Positions 12,823 through 22,102 of a stretch of 30,145 bases of DNA are shown piece by piece. The stretch is from a virus, in the IMG/VR virus record IMGVR_UViG_3300031578_000247, positions 1 to 30,145 of that record. The stretch is one strand, 5' to 3'. A program made the position numbers and the translations under genes. How positions within the stretch are numbered: position 1 is the first letter of the stretch; each line of letters opens with the position of its first letter. Under the pieces are notes generated by a model. The model searched no databases and was not told the origin of the DNA. It saw only the letters and a list, made by a program, of their open reading frames with translations.

Positions 12823-13560
12823 ATGAAGTTAGAAATAGACGTTCCGAGTTCAATTAACGAAATCCCTTTAGTAAACTATCAAAAGTTTCTGAAGTTGCAG
12901 CAGTCTTCCAACGACGAAGAATTTATAGCTCAAAAAATGATAGAGATATTTTGCGGTATTCAGTTAAAGGACGTTGTTAAAATGAAATTGGTTAGCGTTA
13001 ACGAACTTATCTTACACTTCAAAAATATATTCGCAGAAAAACCAAAGTTCAAACCTACCTTTAAGATAGGGGAAATCGAATACGGGTTTATTACGGACTT
13101 AGAAAATATAAGTTTTGGCGAATACGTAGACTTAGATAACTACTTAGCGAAGTGGGAAGACTTCCATAAGGCAATGGCGGTAATGTATAGGCCTATCAAA
13201 ATACGAAACAAAGATAAATACGAGATAATCGAATACAACGGAGCGGGCGAATACGCGGAACTAATGCAGTACGCGCCAATGGACGTAGCTATATCCGCTT
13301 CGGTTTTTTTTTGGACTTTAGGAAGCGAGTTGTTAAGCGCTACCCTAAATTATTTAGAGAAGGAACTAAAGACGATGACCGCGAACGAACAAGCGACTTT
13401 AGTGCACGAACTCAATTCGGAAAAAAGTGGGGGTGGTATAGTTCAATCTATGGACTCGCTAAGGGAGACCTTACAAAGTACGACGAAGTTACTAAATACG
13501 GATTATATAAATGTCTTACCTATCTCACATTCGAAGCGGAAAAGAACGAAATCGAATTAA
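12823..13560 (+). CDS. Putative tail assembly chaperone-like protein, 0-frame product
   Basis: ORF track. It contains the T9 slippery run at 13304-13312, with a long open -1 frame overlapping its 3' third. The chaperone call is an inference from that architecture. Confidence 0.4.
   Translation: MKLEIDVPSSINEIPLVNYQKFLKLQQSSNDEEFIAQKMIEIFCGIQLKDVVKMKLVSVNELILHFKNIFAEKPKFKPTFKIGEIEYGFITDLENISFGEYVDLDNYLAKWEDFHKAMAVMYRPIKIRNKDKYEIIEYNGAGEYAELMQYAPMDVAISASVFFWTLGSELLSATLNYLEKELKTMTANEQATLVHELNSEKSGGGIVQSMDSLRETLQSTTKLLNTDYINVLPISHSKRKRTKSN
13304..13312 (+). promoter_or_regulatory. Candidate -1 programmed ribosomal frameshift site (T9; zero-frame G GTT TTT TTT TGG)
   Basis: T_TTT_TTT fits the X_XXY_YYZ heptamer. 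The -1 frame is open from 13191 to 13586. Confidence 0.4.
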
Positions 13561-13586
13561 TGGAAATTAAAAAAAGTTATAAATGA
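13311..13586 (+). CDS. -1 frame extension ORF (would give a fusion of about 254 aa with 12823-13311)
   Basis: A 91-codon open frame with protein-like sequence (KKWGWYSSIYGLAKGDLTKYDEVTKYGLYKCLTYLTFEAEKNEIE). It has no ATG of its own (the track used TTG). Its stop forms the ATGA overlap with the next gene at 13583. Confidence 0.45.
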   Translation: MDFRKRVVKRYPKLFREGTKDDDRERTSDFSARTQFGKKWGWYSSIYGLAKGDLTKYDEVTKYGLYKCLTYLTFEAEKNEIELMEIKKSYK

Positions 13587-14038
13587 ACGGATACTACTCA
13601 CTACTAAACGAACTAAGAACCCACTTTAACTCCGATCCGTTGGTTAACACCGTGTCGCAAGGTTCTATTTTTAACGTGGACTTAGGCAAACAAACTATTT
13701 TTCCACTGGTTCACGTTATGGTAAATCAAGTTACTTTTAACGACAACGTAATGACTGCGAATGTAACTTTAATGGCTATGGATAACGTAAGCCAACGCAA
13801 AGAAGAAGCGCCCGACACGTTCGAAACTGCGGACAACGAAATAGACGTTTTGAATACTCAACTTGCGATATTAAACCGCGCATTTGAAATGCTTAAACAC
13901 GGAAACATATGGGATAACCTTTACCAATTAAACGGAGCGCCTACGTGCGAGCCTTTTATAGAACGCTTTGAAAATTATTTAGCGGGTTGGGCTATGACAT
14001 TCGATGTAGATTTCCCTAACGATATGACACGTTGTTAA
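13583..14038 (+). CDS. Virion morphogenesis protein, 151 aa (possibly tail terminator / neck)
   Basis: ORF track; function inferred from position in the tail/neck block only. Confidence 0.6.
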   Translation: MNGYYSLLNELRTHFNSDPLVNTVSQGSIFNVDLGKQTIFPLVHVMVNQVTFNDNVMTANVTLMAMDNVSQRKEEAPDTFETADNEIDVLNTQLAILNRAFEMLKHGNIWDNLYQLNGAPTCEPFIERFENYLAGWAMTFDVDFPNDMTRC

Positions 14039-14560
14039 ATGGACAAGGAACTACAACTTAAAGCGCTCGAAGAATTTAGGGACTATGTTATATCCAAGGC
14101 GAAAAGTAACCTACGCAATAAAAAAAGCACGGGAAATTTAAGTAAAAGTTTGAACGCTGAAGTAAAGGTAATGCCGAATTCAATTCGTTTCTTTTTTGAA
14201 ATGGCGGAATACGGATTTTACCAAGACAAAGGGGTAAGCGGTACACGCAAAAAATATAACACGGAATTTAGTTACACTACCAAAGCACCACCACCCAAGG
14301 CGTTCGACAAATGGATAGTAAGAAAAGGAATAGCGCCACGCGATAAAAGCGGAAAATTCTTAACGCGTAAATCTTTGCAGTTTGCTTTGTCGCGGTACAT
14401 ATTTGTAAACGGAATTAAACCGAGTTTATTTTTTACACGACCTTTTGAAGCAGCATTTAAGAACTTACCGAACGAACTTATAGAAGCCTACGGGTTAGAA
14501 TCCGAAGAACTATTTGACACGATAATGAAAGAAAATTTTAAGAACTATGCCAATAAATAG
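14039..14560 (+). CDS. HK97 gp10-like head-tail joining / tail completion protein (tentative)
   Basis: AKSNLRNKKSTGNLSKSLNAEVK...FEMAEYGFYQDKGV resembles the gp10-family pattern (tG.L..S...; a.Yg.y.e.G). Confidence 0.4.
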   Translation: MDKELQLKALEEFRDYVISKAKSNLRNKKSTGNLSKSLNAEVKVMPNSIRFFFEMAEYGFYQDKGVSGTRKKYNTEFSYTTKAPPPKAFDKWIVRKGIAPRDKSGKFLTRKSLQFALSRYIFVNGIKPSLFFTRPFEAAFKNLPNELIEAYGLESEELFDTIMKENFKNYANK

Positions 14561-15638
14561 AATATTTGCACGAAGCCCGTATATTATAGAAGTAAACGAA
14601 GTAGGGCAAAGCGGAAGTAAGATAGAATTATTTATATATCAAAACGGAACAACCCCGCCACCTTCGCCAAGTTACACGTTAGAAAAGTTAATACCTTCTT
14701 CCAACGACATAAAAAATTACTATAATATTTCTCCGTATTTAATGGAGCAAATTAAACACAATACCGTATCTCAAAATTACTCTACCGATTCGGGAATATG
14801 GAACGTAGAAAACTACATTAAAGTAGACGTAAAGCGTTATAAGTTAACGTTGTCGGGTTATGTTTTATTAAACACTACTACTTATTGGGCGTTTGATGGA
14901 TTCGGCTATTACTCACAAGGATATAACCCTTTGCATATTGGAATAATGCCCGTACACTTAGACCCAAAAGATTACTACTACTGGGTAGACGCAAATAACA
15001 ACCCCGCAGTTAACCAATTAGAACGAGCGGGTACGTTTACGGCTTATTTAAGAACGGGAAGAACGATTAGGTACACGCAATTTCAAACGGGTTTAACATA
15101 TTCGTATAGCGTGCTAACCGATGACGTTTTTAACCTTTATCGTGTTTACCCAAGTTACTATTTAACAGGAAACAAAGTAGAAGTTTTGGTAGGGGCATCG
15201 GTTGTTTGGGAAGCCAATTTTTACCCAATAGAAGAATGTAGGTACGACGTAATTACAATAGATTTTATTAATATGTACGGAGCGTGGCAACGTGAATTTA
15301 TGTTCAAAGCGTCCTACGAAAGTTTATCTACGACGGCAACCGAATTTAACTTAATGCAAACGATGGGTTTATCGGGTTCTTGGAATACTGAATTAAACCA
15401 ACGCCAAACATTCAACACTAACGGAACAATAAGCTACCGAGTTAACACGGGTTGGGTAGACGAATCGTTTAACTCAAATATTCAACAACTACTTTTAAGC
15501 GAACGAATCTTACTTAATAACGAACCCGTTAAAATGAAAACTAAAGAGTTCGAAAAGCAAAAGAACATAAACAATAAGACGATTAATTACGTACTGGAAT
15601 TCGAACAAAGCAACGACTTAATTAACAACGTGATTTAA
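14547..15638 (+). CDS. Virion structural protein, 363 aa (tail or baseplate component)
   Basis: ORF track. Beta-rich, Asn/Tyr/Thr-rich composition. Adjacent to a 782-aa tail protein. Confidence 0.6.
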   Translation: MPINRIFARSPYIIEVNEVGQSGSKIELFIYQNGTTPPPSPSYTLEKLIPSSNDIKNYYNISPYLMEQIKHNTVSQNYSTDSGIWNVENYIKVDVKRYKLTLSGYVLLNTTTYWAFDGFGYYSQGYNPLHIGIMPVHLDPKDYYYWVDANNNPAVNQLERAGTFTAYLRTGRTIRYTQFQTGLTYSYSVLTDDVFNLYRVYPSYYLTGNKVEVLVGASVVWEANFYPIEECRYDVITIDFINMYGAWQREFMFKASYESLSTTATEFNLMQTMGLSGSWNTELNQRQTFNTNGTISYRVNTGWVDESFNSNIQQLLLSERILLNNEPVKMKTKEFEKQKNINNKTINYVLEFEQSNDLINNVI

Positions 15639-17986
15639 TGAAAAGACAGGTTCGCATATTTGTAGAAGGACGGAAGTTAGATTTATTCAACGACGAAACA
15701 ATAGAAGTAAATTCTACGATTCAAAATATACAGGATATTAGTAAAACCTTTACGGACTTTTCGCAGTCGTTTACAATACCCACGAGCGTAAATAATAACG
15801 CTATTTGGGAATACTTTTACGAGAACGCGTTAAATAGTTCTATAAACTACCAAGAACGATTAGACGGCTACATAGAAATAGATATGACCTTCTTCCGTAG
15901 GGGTAAAATCCAAATGGAAAAGAGCCAATTAAAAAACGGACAAGCGGATAACTATACGATAACGTTTTACGGGGATGTAACCACGCTTAAAGATTTAGTA
16001 GGCGAAGACCTATTAAGCGACCTTGACTACACTACAATAAACCACGATTACACGTTTAACGAGGTTTTTGATAGGGTACAAAATTACGGAACGGATTGGG
16101 ACGTATGTTACCCGCTAATTACTTCTAATCGAATATGGGAGTATTTAAGCACGCAACCGCAAAGTAATATCCCCCAGTGGTTAATTCCATTTATGGGTTC
16201 GAATTCAAACGACATACATACGAATTCGGGCGCAATAGATTACCGAGAATTATTTCCCGCAGTACGGGTAAAATCTATTTTCGATATTATCGGACTTCAA
16301 TACGGAGTAACTTTTACGGGAGCGTTTTTAAGCGATCCGAAATTCACTCAGGCTTATTTGTGGTATAAAAATAAAAATACTTACGCGTTTACGGGCGAAG
16401 CGCAAAGCGTTATATTTAATTCGGTTGTTAGTTCGTTTTTACCTACATACCCGCTTAATTTATATGTAGACCCAACGTTAGGTAAAATAAGTACAATTTA
16501 TTTGAATGGTGCGAGTTTTCACGAAGTAACAATGGCGGTTAATACCATTTCGTCTTTAACTATTCCGTACTATGTAGATGTTTATCGAAACGGAGCGTTT
16601 TTCGCTACGTGGAACGGGTTAGGGTTTACGTTAAATGGCGCGTTAAGTAACATTCCAAACACTTTAGGGCTTAACGATTACTACACCTTCCAAGTACGCG
16701 CAGAAAGTACGTTAAACATTGATTTTTATGTAACTTATTCCGTTAGTTATTTTATAAGCGGAACGCTAAACACGGACTTTATTACCTACGACACATTTAC
16801 AAACGCCTTAACAACGTTCACGGACTTAGCGCAGTTAGCGCCAACGATGAAAGTAACGGACTTCGTTACGGGGATTCTTAAACAATTTAACTTAACGTGT
16901 TTTGGTACTGGCGTGAACACTTACGAAATCGTACCTTTAGACGATTGGTATTCTGCGGGTGCGGTAATAGATATAACCGAGTTTACGGACAAAACCGAAA
17001 TAGGAGTAGACCGCGTTAAACTTTACAAAAAGATAGGCTTCGCGTTTGAGCAATCCAATTCGTTAATGAATAAAGCGTTTTTTGAGCAGGGGTTAAAGGA
17101 ATACGGAAACACGGAATACCAATACCCATACGACGGCGGGGAATTTACTATTAAAGTTCCTTTTGAGAATCTTTTATTCAATCAATTTTCAAGCGGTGGA
17201 ACTCCAACGGGTTTACAAGTTGGTTATTCGTTAGATAGCGCCTTCGCGCCTTACATACCTAAGCCGTGTTTATTGTACAAGTTCGGTGGTGTTAATTTAG
17301 TTGACCATATACATTTTACGGACGGTTCTTCGCATAACACCACGAATGATTATACGATGTTCGGACAAGACTTAACCGACAACGGAATAAAGTATAGCAC
17401 CAACTTTGCGCCCGAAACTTCGTCTTATTGGTTAACTCCGATTCAACAAAGCATATTCGCTACGTATTATTTTCCTTACTTGACTAATTTATTTAATCCA
17501 AAAAATAGGCTAACAACTATTAAGGCGAATTTACCCGTTTCAATTCTTACGGGGTTGAAGTTGAACGACCGCTTAATCATTCGGGATAAGCGTTATTTAA
17601 TTAACGAAATGAAAACGAATTTAGTAAGTGGGGAAACTACCTTCCAACTACTTAACGATTTTATGCCCGTGTTACCCGCGAGAATAATTAATGCTTCGCC
17701 AAATACGCCCACTTCGCCACCACCACCACCCGTACCAATCGTAGGAGTTCCGATTACGTTTCCTAACTTAGCACCAAGCCGAGGTAACACGATACGAGCC
17801 ACTTTTTCAAGTTCAAACCCCGATGTAATTTTACCCGCGCCAATAACAAGTAGCCAACGGGTAATATTTAATTTACCACCAACACTGGGTGCGGATGACC
17901 CGAACGCGGTTATAAGCATAAGCGTAATTTTTGAAGGTAGCAACGGAAGCGAACAAACGCAAGAAATAATAATTATTAGGCAATGA
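15638..17986 (+). CDS. Large tail / baseplate protein, 782 aa, with a poly-Pro linker and a small C-terminal domain
   Basis: ORF track. NTPTSPPPPPVPIVGVP at about 17700-17750 separates a roughly 90-aa C-terminal module. Confidence 0.65.
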   Translation: MKRQVRIFVEGRKLDLFNDETIEVNSTIQNIQDISKTFTDFSQSFTIPTSVNNNAIWEYFYENALNSSINYQERLDGYIEIDMTFFRRGKIQMEKSQLKNGQADNYTITFYGDVTTLKDLVGEDLLSDLDYTTINHDYTFNEVFDRVQNYGTDWDVCYPLITSNRIWEYLSTQPQSNIPQWLIPFMGSNSNDIHTNSGAIDYRELFPAVRVKSIFDIIGLQYGVTFTGAFLSDPKFTQAYLWYKNKNTYAFTGEAQSVIFNSVVSSFLPTYPLNLYVDPTLGKISTIYLNGASFHEVTMAVNTISSLTIPYYVDVYRNGAFFATWNGLGFTLNGALSNIPNTLGLNDYYTFQVRAESTLNIDFYVTYSVSYFISGTLNTDFITYDTFTNALTTFTDLAQLAPTMKVTDFVTGILKQFNLTCFGTGVNTYEIVPLDDWYSAGAVIDITEFTDKTEIGVDRVKLYKKIGFAFEQSNSLMNKAFFEQGLKEYGNTEYQYPYDGGEFTIKVPFENLLFNQFSSGGTPTGLQVGYSLDSAFAPYIPKPCLLYKFGGVNLVDHIHFTDGSSHNTTNDYTMFGQDLTDNGIKYSTNFAPETSSYWLTPIQQSIFATYYFPYLTNLFNPKNRLTTIKANLPVSILTGLKLNDRLIIRDKRYLINEMKTNLVSGETTFQLLNDFMPVLPARIINASPNTPTSPPPPPVPIVGVPITFPNLAPSRGNTIRATFSSSNPDVILPAPITSSQRVIFNLPPTLGADDPNAVISISVIFEGSNGSEQTQEIIIIRQ

Positions 17987-18168
17987 GTTATATAAACCAA
18001 ATAGTGCAACTTTTACAAGTAGCGGATTTCGTAGGCGAACACGAATATATTGAAATCGCAAAAGGAAAGTACAAACTAAACGACAAAATAAAGCCAGCGT
18101 ACAAACAAATGCTACGCGAGTTATATATAAAAAAAATAGAAAGAAATGGCGGAAAAACGAACGATTGA
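17983..18168 (+). CDS. Hypothetical protein, 61 aa
   Basis: ATGA overlap with the upstream gene. Overlaps the tape-measure start by 23 nt. Confidence 0.6.
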   Translation: MSYINQIVQLLQVADFVGEHEYIEIAKGKYKLNDKIKPAYKQMLRELYIKKIERNGGKTND

Positions 18169-20596
18169 ATTAGAGGTTCAAAGTGATGTAAAACCACTAA
18201 AGGCGCAATTAAAAGAAGCCGTTACGGAACTTGAAAAAATGGTTTCCCTTTACGGGGAGCAGTCCGAGCAAGCGGTAATAGCAGCAAAACGGGCAGCGCA
18301 ATTAAAAGACAAAATCGAAGACACGAACGATATGTTAAAAACATATAAGGGGGAAGGAACGTTTTTAGCAATGAATAAAGCAATGACGGCGGTCGCTTCG
18401 GGTTTTAGTGCAGTCGAGGGCGGGTTAGCGTTAGTAGGAGTTGAAGGGGAAGCCGTACAACAAACTATGATGAAGGTACAGGCGGCTATGGCTTTGGCTC
18501 AAGGGCTTGAGGGCTTAGAAGACGCGGGAAGGGCGTTTAGCACGTTAGGTACAAAGATAAAAGACGTAGTTTTAGGGTTAGTAAAGAAAAACGCAGTAAC
18601 CGCAGCGGGTGCAGCCGTAGACAAAACTAACGTAGCCACTACGGTAGCGCAAGGAGTTGCTTCTTCGGGGTTAGCAACCGCACAAACGGGCGTAGCGGTT
18701 ACCACTGGGGTAGCGAGCAACGCAATGAAATTATTTAGAATTGCTTTGATTTCTACGGGTATCGGTGCAATCGTTGTGGCGGTTGGTTTATTAATTGCAA
18801 ATTTTGACACCGTCGCAAAAGTTATTCAAAATCCAATAAAAGAGTTTGAAAAATTAGGAGTTTTTGGAAAAATTGTTGCGTTCACTTTTATGCCCTTGAT
18901 TGCAATATTTCAAGGCGTAGCAAAAGCACTTCAATTTTTTGGCGTAATAGATAGCGACGTTACAAAAGAAATGAAGGCAAACGCAGAAGCACACACGGAA
19001 GCGGTTATTAAAAGCGCGGATAAACGAGCGAAGGCAATCAAGAAGGAACAAGACGCAACCGACGCGAAGTACACGCATGAAATCAACATGGCGAAGGCTT
19101 CGGGTAAGGCAACTTACGAAATGGAACTTTCTAAGGCGAAATCACACTTGAAAACTGGGCGCGTTTTCTTAGAAGTTCAAAAATCTAAAATGAAGGCTAT
19201 AAAAGCCGAAATGGATTTATTGTTAGAAACGGAAGACAAGGACTCCGATAGATACAAGGAGTTGAAAAAACGAACGGAGGCAGTCCGTAAGATAATGGAC
19301 GAAACCTACAAAGACAACGTAGACACAAAGCACTCCATTGAAATAATGGAAGCCCAACACCAAAAAGAAATGGCGGATAAGGCTAAGCAAGGAGCGGATA
19401 AAGCAAAGCAAACCGCAGAACAAAACCGCAAAGCATATATAGACAACTTAAAGAAACAAAACGACGACCAAGCAAAATTAGAAGAAGAAGCCGAAAACCA
19501 AAAGCTCGCGTTATTGCAAGACGGGATAGACAAGGAAAAGGCGCTAAGACAAGACGCGTTTAACGATTACCGCGATAACTTCTTAAAGGAACGAACGCAA
19601 GAAGAACAAGCCGCCTTAAATAAACAATACGAAAGCGGAAAAATAAGCCGTGAGGAATATAATAAAGCCGTAGAAGAACTAAGGTTAAACGCAGAATCTA
19701 AACTAACGGAGCAAGAACGCCAAATTTTAGTAAACGCTAAAGACCTATTGAATAAAGACTTGTTAGCAATAGACGAAAAGCACCAAGCCGAAGTAAAAAA
19801 ACGCACCGAGGATTTTCAAAAGAAAATGCAAGAAGACGAAAAGAAAAGGCGGTTAGATTTCGATATGCAAATAGAGCAGATACAAGAACAAAACTACCAA
19901 GAAAGTTTAAGCGAGCAACAACGCGAAATATATTTACTTCAAGAAAAGTATGCGGAAATGCAGTTATTAGCACAAGGTAACGCGGATGCAGAAAAGACGA
20001 TAGCCGAAGCTAAAGGGCGCGAACTTGACGCAATAAACAAAAAGTACGACGAAGAAGACAAAGCACGAAGGGAAGCCGCATTACAACGTAACGCGGATTT
20101 AGCAAAGTCGGGGTTAAGCGCAATTAGCGAACTTACGGAGTTGTTTGGTAAGAAAAGCGAAAAACAAGCAAAGAAAGCATTCCAAATTAAAAAGGCGGCA
20201 AGTATATCGAGCGCGTTAATAGATACTTTTTTAAGTGCGCGTTCGGCTTATTTATCGCAGTTTACACCAGTACCCGACCCAAGTTCTCCCGTTCGTGGTG
20301 GTATCGCTGCGGGTATAGCGGTTGCAAGTGGGTTAATAGGAGTTGCTAAAATAGCTTCGCAAAAATTCGAGGGCGGTGGTTCGGCTTCGGGTGGCGGTGG
20401 CGGTGGTGGCGCTGAAGGTGGCGGGGGTGGTATGGGTGGCGGTAGCCAAGCGCCTTCGTTTAACGTTGTAGGCAATAACGGACTTAACCAACTTGCACAA
20501 CTTCAACAGCAACCGACACAAGCCTACGTAGTAAGTGGACAAGTAACTACGGCTCAAAGTTTGGATAGGAATAGAGTACAAAACGCAACACTTTAA
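18146..20596 (+). CDS. Tape measure protein (or internal/ejection protein), 816 aa
   Basis: A long Ala/Glu/Lys/Gln coiled-coil region, central hydrophobic helices (ALISTGIGAIVVAVGLLIANF, IVAFTFMPLIAIF) and a Gly-rich tail (GGGSASGGGGGGGAEGGGGGMGGG). It is the largest ORF. Confidence 0.65.
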   Translation: MAEKRTIELEVQSDVKPLKAQLKEAVTELEKMVSLYGEQSEQAVIAAKRAAQLKDKIEDTNDMLKTYKGEGTFLAMNKAMTAVASGFSAVEGGLALVGVEGEAVQQTMMKVQAAMALAQGLEGLEDAGRAFSTLGTKIKDVVLGLVKKNAVTAAGAAVDKTNVATTVAQGVASSGLATAQTGVAVTTGVASNAMKLFRIALISTGIGAIVVAVGLLIANFDTVAKVIQNPIKEFEKLGVFGKIVAFTFMPLIAIFQGVAKALQFFGVIDSDVTKEMKANAEAHTEAVIKSADKRAKAIKKEQDATDAKYTHEINMAKASGKATYEMELSKAKSHLKTGRVFLEVQKSKMKAIKAEMDLLLETEDKDSDRYKELKKRTEAVRKIMDETYKDNVDTKHSIEIMEAQHQKEMADKAKQGADKAKQTAEQNRKAYIDNLKKQNDDQAKLEEEAENQKLALLQDGIDKEKALRQDAFNDYRDNFLKERTQEEQAALNKQYESGKISREEYNKAVEELRLNAESKLTEQERQILVNAKDLLNKDLLAIDEKHQAEVKKRTEDFQKKMQEDEKKRRLDFDMQIEQIQEQNYQESLSEQQREIYLLQEKYAEMQLLAQGNADAEKTIAEAKGRELDAINKKYDEEDKARREAALQRNADLAKSGLSAISELTELFGKKSEKQAKKAFQIKKAASISSALIDTFLSARSAYLSQFTPVPDPSSPVRGGIAAGIAVASGLIGVAKIASQKFEGGGSASGGGGGGGAEGGGGGMGGGSQAPSFNVVGNNGLNQLAQLQQQPTQAYVVSGQVTTAQSLDRNRVQNATL

Positions 20597-20617
20597 TAAT
20601 AATTAAATTAATAAGAT

Positions 20618-21199
20618 ATGAGAATAATCGAACTTATAATAGACGAACAAGACGAACAAAGCGGTGTGGAAGCGGTAAGCGTGGTACATTCTCCCGCCAT
20701 AGAAGAAAGTTTTTTAGCTCTAAATAAACACGAAATTATATTAAAAGAAGTTGACACGGAGAAACGTATTTTAATGGGTGCGGCTTTAGTTCCAAATAAA
20801 CAAATTTACCGCAGAAACGCAAAGAACGAAGAATACTATATTTACTTCAGTTCGGACACGATCCGAAAAGCAAGTGAATTATTTTTAATGCGCTCAAATC
20901 AAAACAACGCAACGTATGAACACGAAAAGAAGTTAACAGGTTTAAGCGTGGTTGAATCGTGGATAATCGAAGACGAACAAAAAGACAAAAGCAAACTTTA
21001 CGGATTCGACTTACCTAAAGGAACTTGGATGATTTCAATGAAAGTAAATAACGAAGAAGTATGGAACGATGTTAAAGAAGGCAAAGTAAAAGGCTTTTCA
21101 ATAGAAGGTTATTTTGCTGATAAATTCGAAATGAGCGCGGAAGAATCCGAAGCAACCGAGGTGGTAAACGAACTTAAAAAACTATTAAACATAAAATAA
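20618..21199 (+). CDS. XkdF-like putative prohead serine protease (Peptidase_S78_2-like)
   Basis: GVEAVSVVHSPAIEESFLALNK and VVESWIIEDE...GTWMISMKVNNEEVWNDVKEGKVKGFSIEG match the recalled XkdF-family pattern. Confidence 0.55.
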   Translation: MRIIELIIDEQDEQSGVEAVSVVHSPAIEESFLALNKHEIILKEVDTEKRILMGAALVPNKQIYRRNAKNEEYYIYFSSDTIRKASELFLMRSNQNNATYEHEKKLTGLSVVESWIIEDEQKDKSKLYGFDLPKGTWMISMKVNNEEVWNDVKEGKVKGFSIEGYFADKFEMSAEESEATEVVNELKKLLNIK

Positions 21200-21201
21200 A
21201 A

Positions 21202-21576
21202 ATGAGCAACTTAAACACTATCCTAAACAAGTTAGGAAAAATAGAAGCAATCCACGAAACTAACTTAGGTAAACACGAAATCGAGTTAAGCATAAAAGAC
21301 AATGCAAAACAATTAGTATCAAAATATTACGGATTAACTGATACAATAAATTCTAAATATTCAGCAATACAAAAAGAAATTCGTCTTTTAACTGAAAAAA
21401 TAGACGAAGCAAATAAATTAGCAAACGAAATGCCTAAAGTTATTTCTAAATATGAAAATCTTGCTAAAGAATTGGGAATAGACGTAAACAATATTCAAGA
21501 ATTAAAAGATATGAATTTAGCCGTTAAGGATGTTGCTCAATATAAAACTTTGTCTTCTAAATTAAAATCTTTGTAA
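21202..21576 (+). CDS. Paralog family member 1 (124 aa), conserved N-terminal leader MSNLNTILNKLGKIEAIHETNLGKHEIEL
   Basis: ORF track. Its first 35 nt are identical to the start of 21589-21951. Shares the AKELGI motif. AT-rich. Confidence 0.8.
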   Translation: MSNLNTILNKLGKIEAIHETNLGKHEIELSIKDNAKQLVSKYYGLTDTINSKYSAIQKEIRLLTEKIDEANKLANEMPKVISKYENLAKELGIDVNNIQELKDMNLAVKDVAQYKTLSSKLKSL

Positions 21577-21588
21577 ATAATAAATAAA

Positions 21589-21951
21589 ATGAGCAACTTA
21601 AACACTATCCTAAACAAGTTAGGTAAAATCGAAAAAATACACGAAACGAATTTAGGTAAACACGAAGTTGAGTTAGGTATAATTCAAGACGATTTAAAAA
21701 AAATTATATCGGCTCAAAAGGACTTTGAAAATGCATTTTTAGTAATTTCCGCAGCAAGGCAAAAAGCTATTCCAATTATGAAAAACTCAATAACGACGGC
21801 AGAAAAATTTTTGGTTCAAGTAGAAAATGCAAAAAAAATAGCAAAAGAATTAGGGGTAAATTTACCAAAAGACTACTTAGACTTAAACCAAAAAGCAGGG
21901 GTTTTAGTTGGTGAGGCGCAAGACATTATCGATTGGCTTAATAAGTATTAA
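21589..21951 (+). CDS. Paralog family member 2 (120 aa), leader MSNLNTILNKLGKIEKIHETNLGKHEVEL
   Basis: ORF track. Near-identical 5' end of about 90 nt to member 1, with a diverged body. Carries the AKELGV motif. Confidence 0.8.
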   Translation: MSNLNTILNKLGKIEKIHETNLGKHEVELGIIQDDLKKIISAQKDFENAFLVISAARQKAIPIMKNSITTAEKFLVQVENAKKIAKELGVNLPKDYLDLNQKAGVLVGEAQDIIDWLNKY

Positions 21952-21967
21952 ACAATAAATAACTTTA

Positions 21968-22102
21968 ATGGCTAAACAAACAAGCGTAACTACTCACACT
22001 CGTAAACCAAAAGTAAAACGTCCTAACGTACACGCGAAAAGTAAAACGAGCAAACTAAAAACGAGTAAGAATTACGTAAAACTAAATAAAGGTCAAGGAT
22101 GA
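21968..22102 (+). CDS. Highly basic mini-protein, 44 aa (MAKQTSVTTHTRKPKVKRPNVHAKSKTSKLKTSKNYVKLNKGQG)
   Basis: Hand-translated; below the track cutoff. It has 13 Lys/Arg and no Asp/Glu, and an ATGA overlap with the next ORF at 22099. Confidence 0.5.
   Translation: MAKQTSVTTHTRKPKVKRPNVHAKSKTSKLKTSKNYVKLNKGQG

Noticed and set aside
17593-18009. 138-aa minus-strand ORF, plus other minus-strand ORFs (461-709, 1115-1315, 3470-3658, 8006-8236, 8940-9140, 9795-10025, 11545-11733, 18499-20581 series, 26319-27176 series, 27552-28070, 29089-29665)
   Set aside because: All lie fully inside well-supported + strand genes and have low-complexity or hydrophobic shadow-frame composition. None has its own intergenic space or promoter.
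20370-20460. GGT/GGC-rich tract as a simple-sequence repeat or G-quadruplex element
   Set aside because: It encodes the Gly-rich C-terminal tail of the tape-measure-like protein in frame (GGGSASGGGGGGGAEGGGGGMGGG). A coding explanation is sufficient.
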